DNA from: Methanotrichaceae archaeon
GTDB taxonomy: Archaea; Halobacteriota; Methanosarcinia; Methanotrichales; Methanotrichaceae
NCBI GenBank assembly: GCA_013178225.1
Contig: JABLXE010000015.1
Span: 1-64,000, forward strand
DNA length: 64,000 bases
Reading direction: 5' to 3'
Positions 31,832 through 41,804 of the stretch are shown piece by piece. Numbering within the stretch: the stretch's first letter is position 1; each line of letters opens with the position of its first letter. The position numbers were made by a program, and so were the translations under genes. The notes under the pieces are model-generated. The model saw nothing but the letters and a program-made list of their open reading frames with translations. It did not search any database and was not told the origin of the DNA.

Positions 31832-31927
31832 ATGGCGGTCCCGCTGCCCTATCTGGCCCTGTTAGTGTCCATTGTGGTCATGCTCTCTATTACTCTCTTC
31901 ATCACCCTTCGGAGGTCTCATGCTTAA
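31832..31927 (+). CDS. Small (31 aa) single-TM peptide overlapping the symporter start
   Basis: Manual translation gives MAVPLPYLALLVSIVVMLSITLFITLRRSHA*. It overlaps the symporter ATG at 31920 by 8 nt, and a GGAGG ribosome-binding site for the symporter lies inside it. Confidence 0.35.
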   Translation: MAVPLPYLALLVSIVVMLSITLFITLRRSHA

Positions 31928-33350
31928 CCAGCTGCTGCTTGTGGCCTATGTGGCTTTAATTATCATCCTGTCCATAAAGCTGCGGCAGGGAACCCTTACC
32001 GGGTTCGTCCTCTCAGACAGAAACATCGCCTACCCGGCGGTAATCGGAATTGCCTACACCGCAGCCTACTTCAGCGCCGCGTCGTTCCTGGGAGGCGGCG
32101 GCTACGGACTGGTGGCCGGCCTTCCCTGGGTGGTGTGGGCTGCGTTCTTCCACGTGGCCTTCGCCTGTCTGGCCTGGCTGATCGCCCCCCGGATCTGGCA
32201 GATGGCCAAGCAGTACGAGGCCAGGACCGTCCCCCAGCTCCTGGAACGCCGCTACGGATCGCCGGGCGGAAAGATCATACTGGCGGCGATCATGCTCATC
32301 CTCTACGCCGTGTACCTGGTTCCGATCTTCAAGGGATGTGCCAACCTGTTCTCGGGCCTGATAGGCGTCACGTACGTCGAAGGGCTGATGATCGCTGTGG
32401 CCATCGTGGCCATTTATTATGTGATCGGCGGACTGCCGGCCATCATCTGGATAGGATTCATCCAGGGAGTTCTGATGATCGGCGGATCGATCCTACTTTA
32501 CATGGGGCTTCTCAACGCTGGCGGAGGCATGAACGCAATCTGGGAAAATATTCCTGCAGCCGTGACCAGCATGAGCGGCGACATTGTCCCGTGGCAGAAG
32601 ACCTTCGGCATGGCGTTTTCCATTAGCCTGGGGCTTCTGGCGCTGCCTGACCTGCTCATAATGATATTCTCGGCCAGAGATACCCGGGTGGTGCGCTTTG
32701 CCGCTCTGTACGGGCCGCTGTCCATTGCCATTTACGCGGTATGCATCTTCTCGCTCGGAATTCTGGCCTACGGTGCCCTGAGCCCTGAGGCTCTGCAGCC
32801 CTTCATCAGCAATCCCGACGGCCTGGTGCCTTTCCTGGCCACGACGCTGCTCCCGCCGGGATTTGATGCCCTGATACTGCTGGCAGCCATATCGGCCGCC
32901 ATGTCCACCATCTCGGCCATTGTGCTGGTGACCACAACATCGCTCACTGCCGATATCATGCGGTTCTTCCGACCGTCGATCTCGGACCAGAAGGTGCTGC
33001 TCTTGACCCGCGTAATCGGCCTTTTCATACTCGCGGCGGCGGCGATTGCTGCGGTTGACGTTCCCCAGCAGATCGTGCCTCTGGTATCGGTGAGCATGGG
33101 GGTTATCGCCTGCTGCGTATTCGTCCCCCTGATCTTCGGGCTGTACTGGAGCCGCGGCACATCTACCGGCTTTGTGGCCAGCCTCCTGGCATCCTTCGGA
33201 TCGGTAGTCCTCTGGCAGTTCTACGGCAACCCGCTGATTCACCCGGTCTTCGTGGGCCTCCTCTGCGGGACGGTGGCCTACCTGGGAGGAAGCCTGATCT
33301 CCGGCCACCCAACGGGAGGCCCGGAGTCCGAGAAGTCAAAAGCCGGCTAG
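31920..33350 (+). CDS. Sodium:solute symporter (SSS) family transporter
   Basis: The protein has about 13 TM segments with the SSS-family glycine-rich pattern. I prefer the ATG at 31920, which has a GGAGG ribosome-binding site 5 nt upstream, over the track's TTG at 31872. Confidence 0.8.
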   Translation: MLNQLLLVAYVALIIILSIKLRQGTLTGFVLSDRNIAYPAVIGIAYTAAYFSAASFLGGGGYGLVAGLPWVVWAAFFHVAFACLAWLIAPRIWQMAKQYEARTVPQLLERRYGSPGGKIILAAIMLILYAVYLVPIFKGCANLFSGLIGVTYVEGLMIAVAIVAIYYVIGGLPAIIWIGFIQGVLMIGGSILLYMGLLNAGGGMNAIWENIPAAVTSMSGDIVPWQKTFGMAFSISLGLLALPDLLIMIFSARDTRVVRFAALYGPLSIAIYAVCIFSLGILAYGALSPEALQPFISNPDGLVPFLATTLLPPGFDALILLAAISAAMSTISAIVLVTTTSLTADIMRFFRPSISDQKVLLLTRVIGLFILAAAAIAAVDVPQQIVPLVSVSMGVIACCVFVPLIFGLYWSRGTSTGFVASLLASFGSVVLWQFYGNPLIHPVFVGLLCGTVAYLGGSLISGHPTGGPESEKSKAG

Positions 33351-33402
33351 CTGGCGGAAAAAAGAAAGGACGGGCCTCGATCAAAGGCCCGGGGATTATT
33401 TT

Positions 33403-33603
33403 TATTGGCCTCCTCGCTATTAAGTATGGGTGAACTTTTATCGCAATATCTCTGTGTCTCCGCGTCTCTGCGGTCAACCGCGATGCTCTAGCCCAACCAC
33501 AGAGACGCAGAGGCACAGAGGCTGTAATCTTTGAGGGCCTCACCCACACAATTCAGCGAAGAGCCTTTTTATTGGACTCCTCGCTATTCAGCATGGAGTG
33601 AAT
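33403..33603. repeat. Non-coding composite repeat: two ~34-bp direct repeats flanking a 21-bp-arm imperfect inverted repeat
   Basis: The direct repeats are TTATTGGCCTCCTCGCTATTAAGTATGGGTGAA (33403) and TTATTGGACTCCTCGCTATTCAGCATGGAGTGAA (33569). The inverted repeat is CTCTGTGTCTCCGCGTCTCTG (33449-33469) against CAGAGACGCAGAGGCACAGAG (33500-33520). Confidence 0.6.
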
Positions 33604-33864
33604 CCGCTGCTTTTTCTGGCCCAGGGAAGTATCAGCGAAATGCGGGCCTCCTTCAGGATAGTCATGAGCTGGAAGACTGTAGAGCCTCTGCGGATCTCCA
33701 GCCCCCAGAACTGCGGCTCAAGCGGGTGAAAACCATGGAGTAGTTGCCGGTGACACACAGCACTTTGAACCTCTTGCAGGTCCGGGCTGCGTTTCAAGGC
33801 CTGGATGAAAAGATCCCCGGAGCCCAGGAGGGCATGATTCCGGGAAGAGCCGCAGAGCCCCGCA

Positions 33865-34992
33865 TCATCCCGCAACCTCATCGGCAGAGGAAAGCTGGAT
33901 CATCTCCTCCAGATGCTCCAGATGTCTTTCAGGGTCTGAATTTTGTTCTGCCACCCAGGATCTGAGCTTTTTAAGGGGGCGACCACTATCGATGATCTCA
34001 GCTGCTCTTTCTACTCCTTTGCCGAGGTCGGAGACGTGGCCGGCAATGTAGAGCACTGGGCTCGCATTCAGGCAAACAATCTCCCGTCTCGGCCCCTGTT
34101 CTTTTCCAGAGATAACTCTCAACAGACGCAAAACCTCGTCTTCGCGCTCTCCCTGGTGAATGATATCTATCTCATGGGCTCGGTTAATGCCAAGCTCTTC
34201 TGCTGAGATCGTGTATTCATGAATTTCTCCGTCTTTTCCAAGCTCGGCCACCGCAGTTTTGCCCAAAGTCGATATTTCGTCCATTCCCCGGGTGCCGTCG
34301 CCGCCTTGTCCATGTACCACGAATGCCCTCTTGTACCCGATCTCACGCATGCACCGGGCCACGGGCAGGATCATATCCTGAGAGTAAACGCCGCGCACAC
34401 CGTGAGTGGGAAGTGCCGGATTGGCCAGCGAACCTGCGATGTTGAGTACAGTCCCGAATCGGATCTGGGAGAGTATGCGGTAAAGGGCCTGAGGATGCAC
34501 TCTTCCGCTCATGCCGTTGAATATGCCAATTCCTGCCCTCTCGATGCTTCTCTTGACCAGGGAGGCATCGCAATCCACATCCACACCCAGAGCTTCGAGC
34601 ATGTCCACAGCTCCGCAGCGTGAGGTGATGGCCCGGGCGCCGTGCTTTGCCATCTTGACTCCGTCGGCGGCGGCAACTATTGAGGCTGCAGTGCTGATGT
34701 TAAAGGTCTTTATGGTGTCCATTCCCGTGCCGCAGTTGTCCACTAGAGGGCCATCCACTTGCGGGAAAACCTTGACCGTATCGATCTCATAAATCGCCTC
34801 CCAGATGCCGGCGATCTCCTGGGGACTTGCGCCCTTGGCAGTGATGGCGGCCAGAAACGCACCCTGCTGCAGGTCTGGCTGCTCGTTTTGCAGAATCTCT
34901 ATGAATGCGTCACGAGCTTCGGATCTGGAGATGCACTGGCCTCGGATAAGCCTGTCAATAATGGCTCCGAAATGTCTCAATCTGTCTTCCAT
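33865..34992 (-). CDS. Anthranilate phosphoribosyltransferase-family (TrpD-like, glycosyltransferase family 3) protein with a degenerate GTGGD motif
   Basis: KHGARAITSRCGAVDMLEALG and CGTGMDTIKTFNISTAASIVAAA align to TrpD blocks, but the canonical GTGGDG reads GTGMD. No other trp genes are in the window. Confidence 0.65.
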   Translation of the reverse strand: MEDRLRHFGAIIDRLIRGQCISRSEARDAFIEILQNEQPDLQQGAFLAAITAKGASPQEIAGIWEAIYEIDTVKVFPQVDGPLVDNCGTGMDTIKTFNISTAASIVAAADGVKMAKHGARAITSRCGAVDMLEALGVDVDCDASLVKRSIERAGIGIFNGMSGRVHPQALYRILSQIRFGTVLNIAGSLANPALPTHGVRGVYSQDMILPVARCMREIGYKRAFVVHGQGGDGTRGMDEISTLGKTAVAELGKDGEIHEYTISAEELGINRAHEIDIIHQGEREDEVLRLLRVISGKEQGPRREIVCLNASPVLYIAGHVSDLGKGVERAAEIIDSGRPLKKLRSWVAEQNSDPERHLEHLEEMIQLSSADEVAG

Positions 34993-35002
34993 GAAAGGTC
35001 AC

Positions 35003-36037
35003 CTACATGCAAATGACGGATTTCAGACCTCGTCTCTGTCCAGAATAAGCAAAAGCATCATGAATTTCTGACAAGGATGCCCTGAGGGTTATGATCCAGT
35101 CGGCGTCTATGGCTCCACTGCCGAGCAACGATAGAGCCTCTCGATTATGGCGGCTGGAGCAGCCGTAAGCTCCCGTAAGAGTCAGCTCACGATAGTGAAT
35201 AGGTTTCAGGTCCATCAACTGCATGTGATTCTCTGGTCGAGGGCCTGAGAACACGCACAGCCTGCCTCCCGGGGAGAGAAGGCGCACAAGAGCACGACTG
35301 ATTTCCGCCTCCGGAGTGGCAGTGAGAATTACATCCACTTCAGGGACATCTATCTCAGAAGCAAGCGCTTTCTGCAATGGCAATGATTCTTTGACCTGTA
35401 AAACCTGGGCCGAGGTGTTATCTCTGATAGCCTGAATGCGGCTGTCAAGCCTTTCAGCGACTATTATCCTCTCTGCTCCGCGCATTTCGGCCAGCAGCGC
35501 ATGCAAACAGCCGATGGGCCCGCCGCCCAAGATGAGCACCGAATCTCCTTCTGACACCTGGGATCGCTCCTGGCCGTTGAGGCAGCAGGCCAGCGGTTCA
35601 GCCAGAGCCGCGAGGGACGGATCAAGCTCTCGCGGCAGCAAGTTCAGGCCTCGTTCGAGGCTTTGCGGAGGAAGGGCCAGCATTTGGGCCAGACCACCAT
35701 CTCTGCTAAATCCCAGGATGCCGATCTCCTGACAGCGATGGTCGTCTCCTCGGCGGCACTGGCGGCATTGGCCGCAGGCGATTCCCGGCCACACCTGCGC
35801 TAGGTCGCCTTCCTGAGTGGTGCTGTTCCCGTCGATCTCAACGATTATTCCTGCCATCTCATGGCCCAGCACCCTCGGATAAGCCAGATCTCTGTGACCA
35901 GCTTCCAGCATCTTGACATCGGTTCCACAGATGGAGCAGGCTTTGATCCTGATCAGCGCGCCGCCTTTGGGGCACTCCGGATCGGGCAGGTCGTCCAGCA
36001 CCAGCAGCCCAGGCCCCTTTAGAACAGCAGCTCTCAT
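35003..36037 (-). CDS. Zinc-dependent medium-chain alcohol/polyol dehydrogenase
   Basis: The catalytic-zinc motif GHEMAGIIVEIDG, a structural-zinc Cys cluster (CGQCRQC) and a Rossmann GxGxxG (ILGGGPIG) are all present. Confidence 0.8.
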   Translation of the reverse strand: MRAAVLKGPGLLVLDDLPDPECPKGGALIRIKACSICGTDVKMLEAGHRDLAYPRVLGHEMAGIIVEIDGNSTTQEGDLAQVWPGIACGQCRQCRRGDDHRCQEIGILGFSRDGGLAQMLALPPQSLERGLNLLPRELDPSLAALAEPLACCLNGQERSQVSEGDSVLILGGGPIGCLHALLAEMRGAERIIVAERLDSRIQAIRDNTSAQVLQVKESLPLQKALASEIDVPEVDVILTATPEAEISRALVRLLSPGGRLCVFSGPRPENHMQLMDLKPIHYRELTLTGAYGCSSRHNREALSLLGSGAIDADWIITLRASLSEIHDAFAYSGQRRGLKSVICM

Positions 36038-36059
36038 GTGCGTTAATGAAGCTATTCTT

Positions 36060-37094
36060 TTAGGGAAGCTCGACCGTCATCAGCACCCGATCCGTCTCCT
36101 CGACCAGCTTTTCCCTGGGCACTCCGAAGAGGCCGGCCAGGAGCGAAGCTCCTCCCATCCCGACGCCCTCCTTCACGTAGCCCTGGGCGTAGATCTGAAC
36201 CGGCGGGATCCGGGACATCTCCAGTCCGGGGTCCACGTAGTAGTAGGGCCGGCCGATCTCCTCTACGATCTCCCGGAAGTGGGCGCTCTTGTCCTCAACG
36301 ATGTACTTGGTGGTGGCTATGGATATATCCCCCTCGATCTCCAGGGCCTCTGCCAGGGCCAGCACCGCAGCCATCTGCGTTCCTCCGGCCAGGACTACCT
36401 TGGTTCCTTTGAGGCCGCGAAGAAGGCCGAGCGCTGCCGGCATCATGGGATCGCCCAGCTCAGCCATAGCGCGAAGCGGATCCTTTCTCAATTTTCCCGC
36501 TTCCGCTCCGGCCCGCCTCATGGCCTCCTCCACGACCCTGATCTTGAGATCCAGAGGATTGGAGCAAAAGCTGCTGCTCACGTTGCCGTTATAGCCCAAT
36601 GCTCGCAGCACGGCCATGGCGGTGGTGGTGCCGCCGGCGATGGACTCGCCTATGAAAACGCAATCGGAGAGGCGGGCAAGCTTCTTTCCCAGAAGTGAGG
36701 CCTTCTCATAAAGAGCGCGCGCCTCGGGAACTGCACTTTGCAGCCTAATGTCGCTTCCGGCTGAGCCCCCCAGCTCTACGTAAGGGACAGCCGGCTTCTT
36801 GCGGAGACCGGAGGCTACGAACATAGAAGGAATCCCGGTGAGGTTCAGCGCGGCTTTAGTCACAATTGCCGGTGTGGGCGATCCTCCGGGGGCCTCCGGC
36901 AGCTCGGGCATGGTGATGATCCGGTTGGTCTCCACCAGCTCGGCATCGGCTCCCGGAGTGTAGTCGGTCAGAGCCGGAGAGGTACCGGCGGCGCTGATTC
37001 CTGGAATCTTGCCGGTATCGGTGTTGGAGATGACGCAGAGGAAGAGCGGCCTCTCCGGCTTAAACTCGAAATCGGGATAGATCCATTTGGTCAT
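36060..37094 (-). CDS. UPF0284 / archaeal-type CobT-like (nicotinate-nucleotide--dimethylbenzimidazole phosphoribosyltransferase-like) protein
   Basis: The N-terminal block FLCVISNTDTGKIPGISAAGTSPALTDYTPGADAE resembles the archaeal CobT (MJ1598-type) family. Length (344 aa) and composition fit. Confidence 0.45.
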   Translation of the reverse strand: MTKWIYPDFEFKPERPLFLCVISNTDTGKIPGISAAGTSPALTDYTPGADAELVETNRIITMPELPEAPGGSPTPAIVTKAALNLTGIPSMFVASGLRKKPAVPYVELGGSAGSDIRLQSAVPEARALYEKASLLGKKLARLSDCVFIGESIAGGTTTAMAVLRALGYNGNVSSSFCSNPLDLKIRVVEEAMRRAGAEAGKLRKDPLRAMAELGDPMMPAALGLLRGLKGTKVVLAGGTQMAAVLALAEALEIEGDISIATTKYIVEDKSAHFREIVEEIGRPYYYVDPGLEMSRIPPVQIYAQGYVKEGVGMGGASLLAGLFGVPREKLVEETDRVLMTVELP

Positions 37095-37223
37095 GATCCA
37101 TATCCTGACCGTTCCTGTATATTAAATCAACGCAACATTATTTAATTCAAGTTTATTTGATAGGCAGTAAAGCCCCATTTAGTCTCAGTTTCAGGCTTCA
37201 CCACAACTGCTTCTCCGCATAAT

Positions 37224-38198
37224 CTAGATCAATCGATGGCGTGAGGGCAGAACGCTTGCCGCAACCGCCAGTATCGGTCCTAGGATCAAGCCTGCACCGA
37301 TCAGCAGGGTGATCGTCCCGATGACCGCCAGGAGCGAGCGCTGCAGAATTCCGGCCTCTCCTCTGGCCAGCCTGAGGGCCAGCACCCCCAGCAGAGCGGG
37401 AACCAGAGCCAATACCAAAGTCAGAGCCATCTCCTGTCCGGTGGCAGGCGCGTGTATAAGGCTGAAGATCATCTGAGAGAGAATGGATGCGCTGGTTCCG
37501 ATGAAAAGAAACGCTGCCAGGATGCCTGCAGACATATAAAGCGTTCTCCTGCGGCCTCTGATGACGATGAGCGCTCCAATTGCAAAGGCCACGATCCAGG
37601 GCATCAGAACGGTTGTCAGGCTCTGACCTTCCCACCTGTAAACCGAGATCATTCGCAGGGGGTTGATGATCCGCTCCATGAAGCCGAATTCCTCCCGGTA
37701 TCCTATAACCAGGCTGTAGTGTCCTGGACTTGAGCTGTAAGCGGCCACATAATAGATGCCCGATTCGGGGGCGCTGATATTCAGCTCTGCCTGCCGATAG
37801 TAGCTGCCCGGACCGAAAGGCTCGTAAAAAGCCTCTTCGGGTCCGACTCCCTCGACAGCCAGCGCTCCGTAGCCTTCCGGCAAATTCACAAATTCGGGAA
37901 GTGCTCCCTCAGAGGCGATCCCTGGCCCCATCAGAGCCATGCCGGGCCTGAAGTCATTCTCCTGGGGGTTGGTCGAGGACAATAGGGAAAGGCTGATCCT
38001 TTCGCCCTGCTTTACATAAAAGCCGTAATACTGCGGCCTATGGGGCTCAAGCATGCCATAGGCTGCCCAGGATTTGGCCGGATCGCCGATTGGAGTCGCT
38101 GAGGACAGGTTGTCATTTCCTTCCGGGATCAGAGGGACATGGGCCGAAGCGGTGAAGGTCAGCCAGAGCAATGCCAGCAGGGCTAGGGGAAAGATCAT
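37224..38198 (-). CDS. Hypothetical secreted domain with a four-TM C-terminal anchor
   Basis: A signal peptide (MIFPLALLALLWLTFTASA) at an internal Met is followed by an extracellular domain and C-terminal hydrophobic helices. The track's start at 38300 adds an unlikely 34-aa extension. Confidence 0.45.
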   Translation of the reverse strand: MIFPLALLALLWLTFTASAHVPLIPEGNDNLSSATPIGDPAKSWAAYGMLEPHRPQYYGFYVKQGERISLSLLSSTNPQENDFRPGMALMGPGIASEGALPEFVNLPEGYGALAVEGVGPEEAFYEPFGPGSYYRQAELNISAPESGIYYVAAYSSSPGHYSLVIGYREEFGFMERIINPLRMISVYRWEGQSLTTVLMPWIVAFAIGALIVIRGRRRTLYMSAGILAAFLFIGTSASILSQMIFSLIHAPATGQEMALTLVLALVPALLGVLALRLARGEAGILQRSLLAVIGTITLLIGAGLILGPILAVAASVLPSRHRLI

Positions 38199-38458
38199 GA
38201 AGTACTGCTTTTCTCTGACGATATTCAATATTTCGCCTTTGGATCTTTTCCCGAACTTCGATTCCCCTTCAATCTGGTGCCCTTCTCTCCAAGGCGGCAC
38301 TCCGGCGAAGAACGAAGGAGATCAAAGGAGGTTAAAAGGGGATGTTCGGGCCTCAAAATGGCGAAGATAGCCTCATTCTTGGCACAATATGGACAGGCGG
38401 AAAGCCTTATATTTCGTGAATTAGGTTGATAAGATAAACAAGGAGTGGTGGTTGAAAT

Positions 38459-39409
38459 ATGAGTTTTAGAAGCTTGCGCCTTCTATCTATTCTAGTTGCT
38501 GCAGTGGTGTCATCGGCTTCTTTTGGCCTGGCACAGGAGAATGAGACCACAAGCTACGGCATAATGGACGTGGCCGGTGATCTGGGCTTGGCCGCGTTTT
38601 CCTCGGCCCTCGATAGTGCAGGCATGGCAGAAACGCTGGATGGCGATGGCGTGCTGCTGTTTGGAAAGGGCTTGTTTCTGGTATTTGCTCCGAACGATCT
38701 GGCCTTTTCCAACGCATCTGCGAGCATGGCAGAGCTGATGGACAACCAGACTGAGCTTAAGAGGATCCTTAGCTATCACCTGGTCTGGAACGACGGCCGG
38801 TTTGAAAATCTCTCCGATCTCACGACCGTTGAAACCCTGCAGGGAGAGAACCTGTCCATCAATGCCTCGGACGGTCTTACGATCGACGGGGCCAGAGTGC
38901 TCGAAACCAAAGACTACGACAGCGGAACCGTTTATGTGCTGGATTCCGTTTTGATGCCCAAGGGTCAGGGAAGCCTGGGCGTCATAGAGGCTGCCGGCGA
39001 GATGGATGACCTCAAGAAGTTCACCTCCGCCCTCAAGGCTGCGGGGATTGCTGATCGCTTGAACGGCCAGGGACTGCTGGGAATAGGAGAGCTGTCTGAG
39101 GGACCGTTCACCATCTTTGCCCCCAGTGATGCTGCCTTTGACGCCGTCCCCAAGGCTACCATGGATGCCATCGGCAAGAGGCAGGACGGCATGCTGCAAC
39201 TTCTTAGCTACCACATGGTCGAGGCCTCTGCCCTCAACGGCACCGATTTCAGCTCGGTCAAGACGCTGATGGGCGACTCCCTGGCAGTTGATACTGCACA
39301 GGGTTTGGTGGGCGGGGCCAGGGTGCTGAGTTCCCAGAGGTACGACAACGGCATAATCTACGAAATCGATCAGGTCATAATTCCACTCAGGCTTTCAATG
39401 GGGGCATGA
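38459..39409 (+). CDS. Secreted protein with two fasciclin (FAS1) domains
   Basis: A signal peptide is followed by two copies of the FAS1 pattern (LFLVFAPNDLAF...VLDSVLMP and FTIFAPSDAAF...EIDQVIIP). Confidence 0.8.
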   Translation: MSFRSLRLLSILVAAVVSSASFGLAQENETTSYGIMDVAGDLGLAAFSSALDSAGMAETLDGDGVLLFGKGLFLVFAPNDLAFSNASASMAELMDNQTELKRILSYHLVWNDGRFENLSDLTTVETLQGENLSINASDGLTIDGARVLETKDYDSGTVYVLDSVLMPKGQGSLGVIEAAGEMDDLKKFTSALKAAGIADRLNGQGLLGIGELSEGPFTIFAPSDAAFDAVPKATMDAIGKRQDGMLQLLSYHMVEASALNGTDFSSVKTLMGDSLAVDTAQGLVGGARVLSSQRYDNGIIYEIDQVIIPLRLSMGA

Positions 39410-39689
39410 GCCAGAAAAGCTTCCGTGAAAAAGAGATATGCAGGTTGGAGACTACCTCCATTTTTTCTGATACAAAACTACAACAATAAATCTGTTTTTC
39501 CTGGGATATTCCGGCTTTTTTTGATGTCGCTCTGACGTCCCGAACGATTGTTATGCCTCTTTCTTCCTGCAGAAATCTTCGAGAAAAATTTATATTTGAT
39601 AAATTGCTAAGATTTGAATTCGAAGAGAAATGCTGGTGGTAGGATAAAGAATATAAAGGAAAAGGCATAAAAGTGTGACAGTTCAATAT

Positions 39690-40030
39690 CCTAGTAACAG
39701 CCGTTGGAGCGGCTGGTTTGACCGAAACCTGCGGTGAGCAGGGACTGTTTGCCGTCTTTGCAACCCGGTGATTGCATCTTTGCCAGAATTTCCAAGGCCA
39801 CAGTTGGTGTAATGCTAAAGAACGAGGCCCAGTTGACGCGGATTTCGACTATCAGCAGTAGCCGAAAAACTGATGTCCAAGGACGTCTTGAAGATGAAAT
39901 GGCTAAAGATCTTTCAGGGCAGCAGCCTGAACGTTGATGATAGAGGCAGAGCTGAAATCGAAGGAAGCCGGGCAATCCAGCCGGTCATCCTGGTCTCTGA
40001 CGGAAGTGTGCCAGGTGATTGACACTGTCC
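39690..40030 (+). pseudogene. Decayed third fasciclin-domain gene between the two intact paralogs
   Basis: Manual translation finds FAS1 fragments in two frames: GLFAVFATR* and NDAFAKISKATVGVMLKNEAQLTRI, ending ...[10 protein letters not shown]. The annotated antisense ORFs in this interval are spurious. Confidence 0.5.
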
Positions 40031-40058
40031 TAATGCCCAAATAGTCGGAGGGAATTGG

Positions 40059-40556
40059 ATGAAGAAATTGGTAGAATTAGCAGTTGTGATCCTGTCGGCC
40101 TTGATGTTGGCCGGGATCGGCGCTGCCGCTGAGAAGACGAATGCTGAGGAGATGGATATCGTGGACACGGCCATTGCTGCGGGCAACTTCACCACCCTGG
40201 TGCAGGCGGTTCAGGAAGCCGGGTTGGTGGATACTCTGAAGGGCGAGGGTCCGTTCACAGTCTTTGCTCCCACAGACGAGGCTTTTGCCGAGATTCCTGA
40301 GGATGAGCTGAATGCTTTGCTGGCAGATAAGACGAAGCTTGTAGCCGTTCTCACTTACCATGTGATCCCGGCTAAGGTTATGTCTGCTGACCTCGCAGAT
40401 GGAATGGAGGCCACTACCGTCGAAGGAAGCAATCTCACCATATCGATCGACGATTCCGGTGTCATGGTTGATGGCGCAAAGGTGATCCAAGCCGACATCG
40501 AGACCAGCAACGGCGTGATTCACGTCATTGATGCCGTCATAATGCCGCCCGAGTAA
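40059..40556 (+). CDS. Secreted single-domain fasciclin (FAS1) protein
   Basis: A signal peptide is followed by [22 protein letters not shown]...YHVIP...[15 protein letters not shown]. Confidence 0.85.
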   Translation: MKKLVELAVVILSALMLAGIGAAAEKTNAEEMDIVDTAIAAGNFTTLVQAVQEAGLVDTLKGEGPFTVFAPTDEAFAEIPEDELNALLADKTKLVAVLTYHVIPAKVMSADLADGMEATTVEGSNLTISIDDSGVMVDGAKVIQADIETSNGVIHVIDAVIMPPE

Positions 40557-40640
40557 TTTTCCCGGGCAGGCAATTTTTTCTCATCTCTTTTTCATGCACA
40601 TCCGCGTGACATCTGATTGGCGAGGGATTTTGCGTGAAGA

Positions 40641-41802
40641 ATGAGGCAACTTTTCGCACAGGGATCGAAATCGGTTTCCAGCGAGGTATTCGAGGTCGAT
40701 GATGGTCTTCCGGTATTGAAGATGCTGATCGAAGGGCGTTGGCAGGAGGCTCTGGATGGCACTCGTATCGATGTCACCACTCCTATTGGCGGCTCTATAT
40801 TTACCAAAAGTCCCGCAGGGATCGGCGAAAAGATGTGGAGCGTGCGGCCAGATTGGCCATAGAGGAGCGCAAAATCAGGGACCTTCCGGCTATCGAGCGC
40901 ATTGAGGTCTTCAACTGCGCGGCGGCGATGATCGAGCAGCACAGGGAAGAGTTTGTTGCGCGCGCTGCAGCCGGAGGCTGGAAAAACCTTTCGGGACGTG
41001 GTTGGCGAGGTGAAGCCCCCAATGGGGAGAGAATGCCGCAAATAGCGAGGATGGAACACTCTACCTGGAGCTGGGAGGCATAGCCGTACGCTCTGGTGCT
41101 GCTGGATGCCGACCAGGATCTGGCTGCGAAGAGGTGCGTTTGTGAGTCGCTGGAATTCTCAGGCCAGCGGTGCGATGCGGTCAGAGCAATGCGGGCTGAG
41201 GATCCGATTGTTGATGTCCTGAGCGAGAAGATCCTTGCTGGAGGTCGATAGATGGAAGATCGGAGATCCGCGTGATTCATCGGTCACTATTAGGCCGGTA
41301 ATCGAACGAGTGTAGGCCTCAAGAGTTCATGATCCGGTCACGAACGCAGTGCACAGCGGGACCAACTTCTTCGGGGCGGCAGGTTCGAAGGACCTACTTC
41401 CAGCCGACTGTTCCGGACCATGTCCCCTTTAATTCAGAAATCGCGAAAGAAGAGATATTCGGCCCGATGGTATCTATCGTCCGGATCCGGGATATGTCCA
41501 AGGGCCTGGAGTTGCCCCAAAAGTCACGTTACGGCCTTGAGTCCTGCATCTTTAGCCGGGACTTCTACAAAATGTGGCAGGCTGCCAAGGCTTTGCAGTG
41601 CGGAGAGGTGGCGATCAACGACTTACCCCATCACGGCGTGGGCTATTTTCCCTTTGGAGGGATCACAAACTCCGGAACGGGACGGGAGGCGATCGGCTAC
41701 AGAATTGAAGAGATGATTAATACCAAGACCATTTGTCTTCAATCTGGCCGCGGGCGGTTTGGGAAAAATGGTGCAGGATGCTGGGACCTGCAACAAGGAT
41801 GA
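40641..41802 (+). pseudogene. Degraded NAD(P)-dependent aldehyde dehydrogenase (multiple frameshifts plus an internal deletion)
   Basis: An N-terminal piece (LIEGRWQEALDGTRIDVTTPIGGSIF, 40641..40862), a middle piece in another frame (40739..41083) and a C-terminal piece (EEIFGPMVSIV...YGLESCIFSRD...PFGGITNSGTGRE, 41329..41802) together span about 1.16 kb, against about 1.45 kb for an intact ALDH. Confidence 0.7.
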
Positions 41803-41804
41803 GG

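Noticed and set aside
32135-33549. Long alternative-frame and antisense ORFs across the symporter gene (32135..32626, 32493..33308, 32768..33160, 33163..33549)
   Set aside because: Their translations are Arg/Pro/Gly-rich, which is typical of out-of-frame GC-rich sequence. The symporter frame has clear TM periodicity.
33403-33603. Mini-CRISPR (two 34-bp direct repeats)
   Set aside because: There are only two imperfect repeats, the spacing is 166 bp, the spacer contains a long hairpin, and there are no cas genes in the window.
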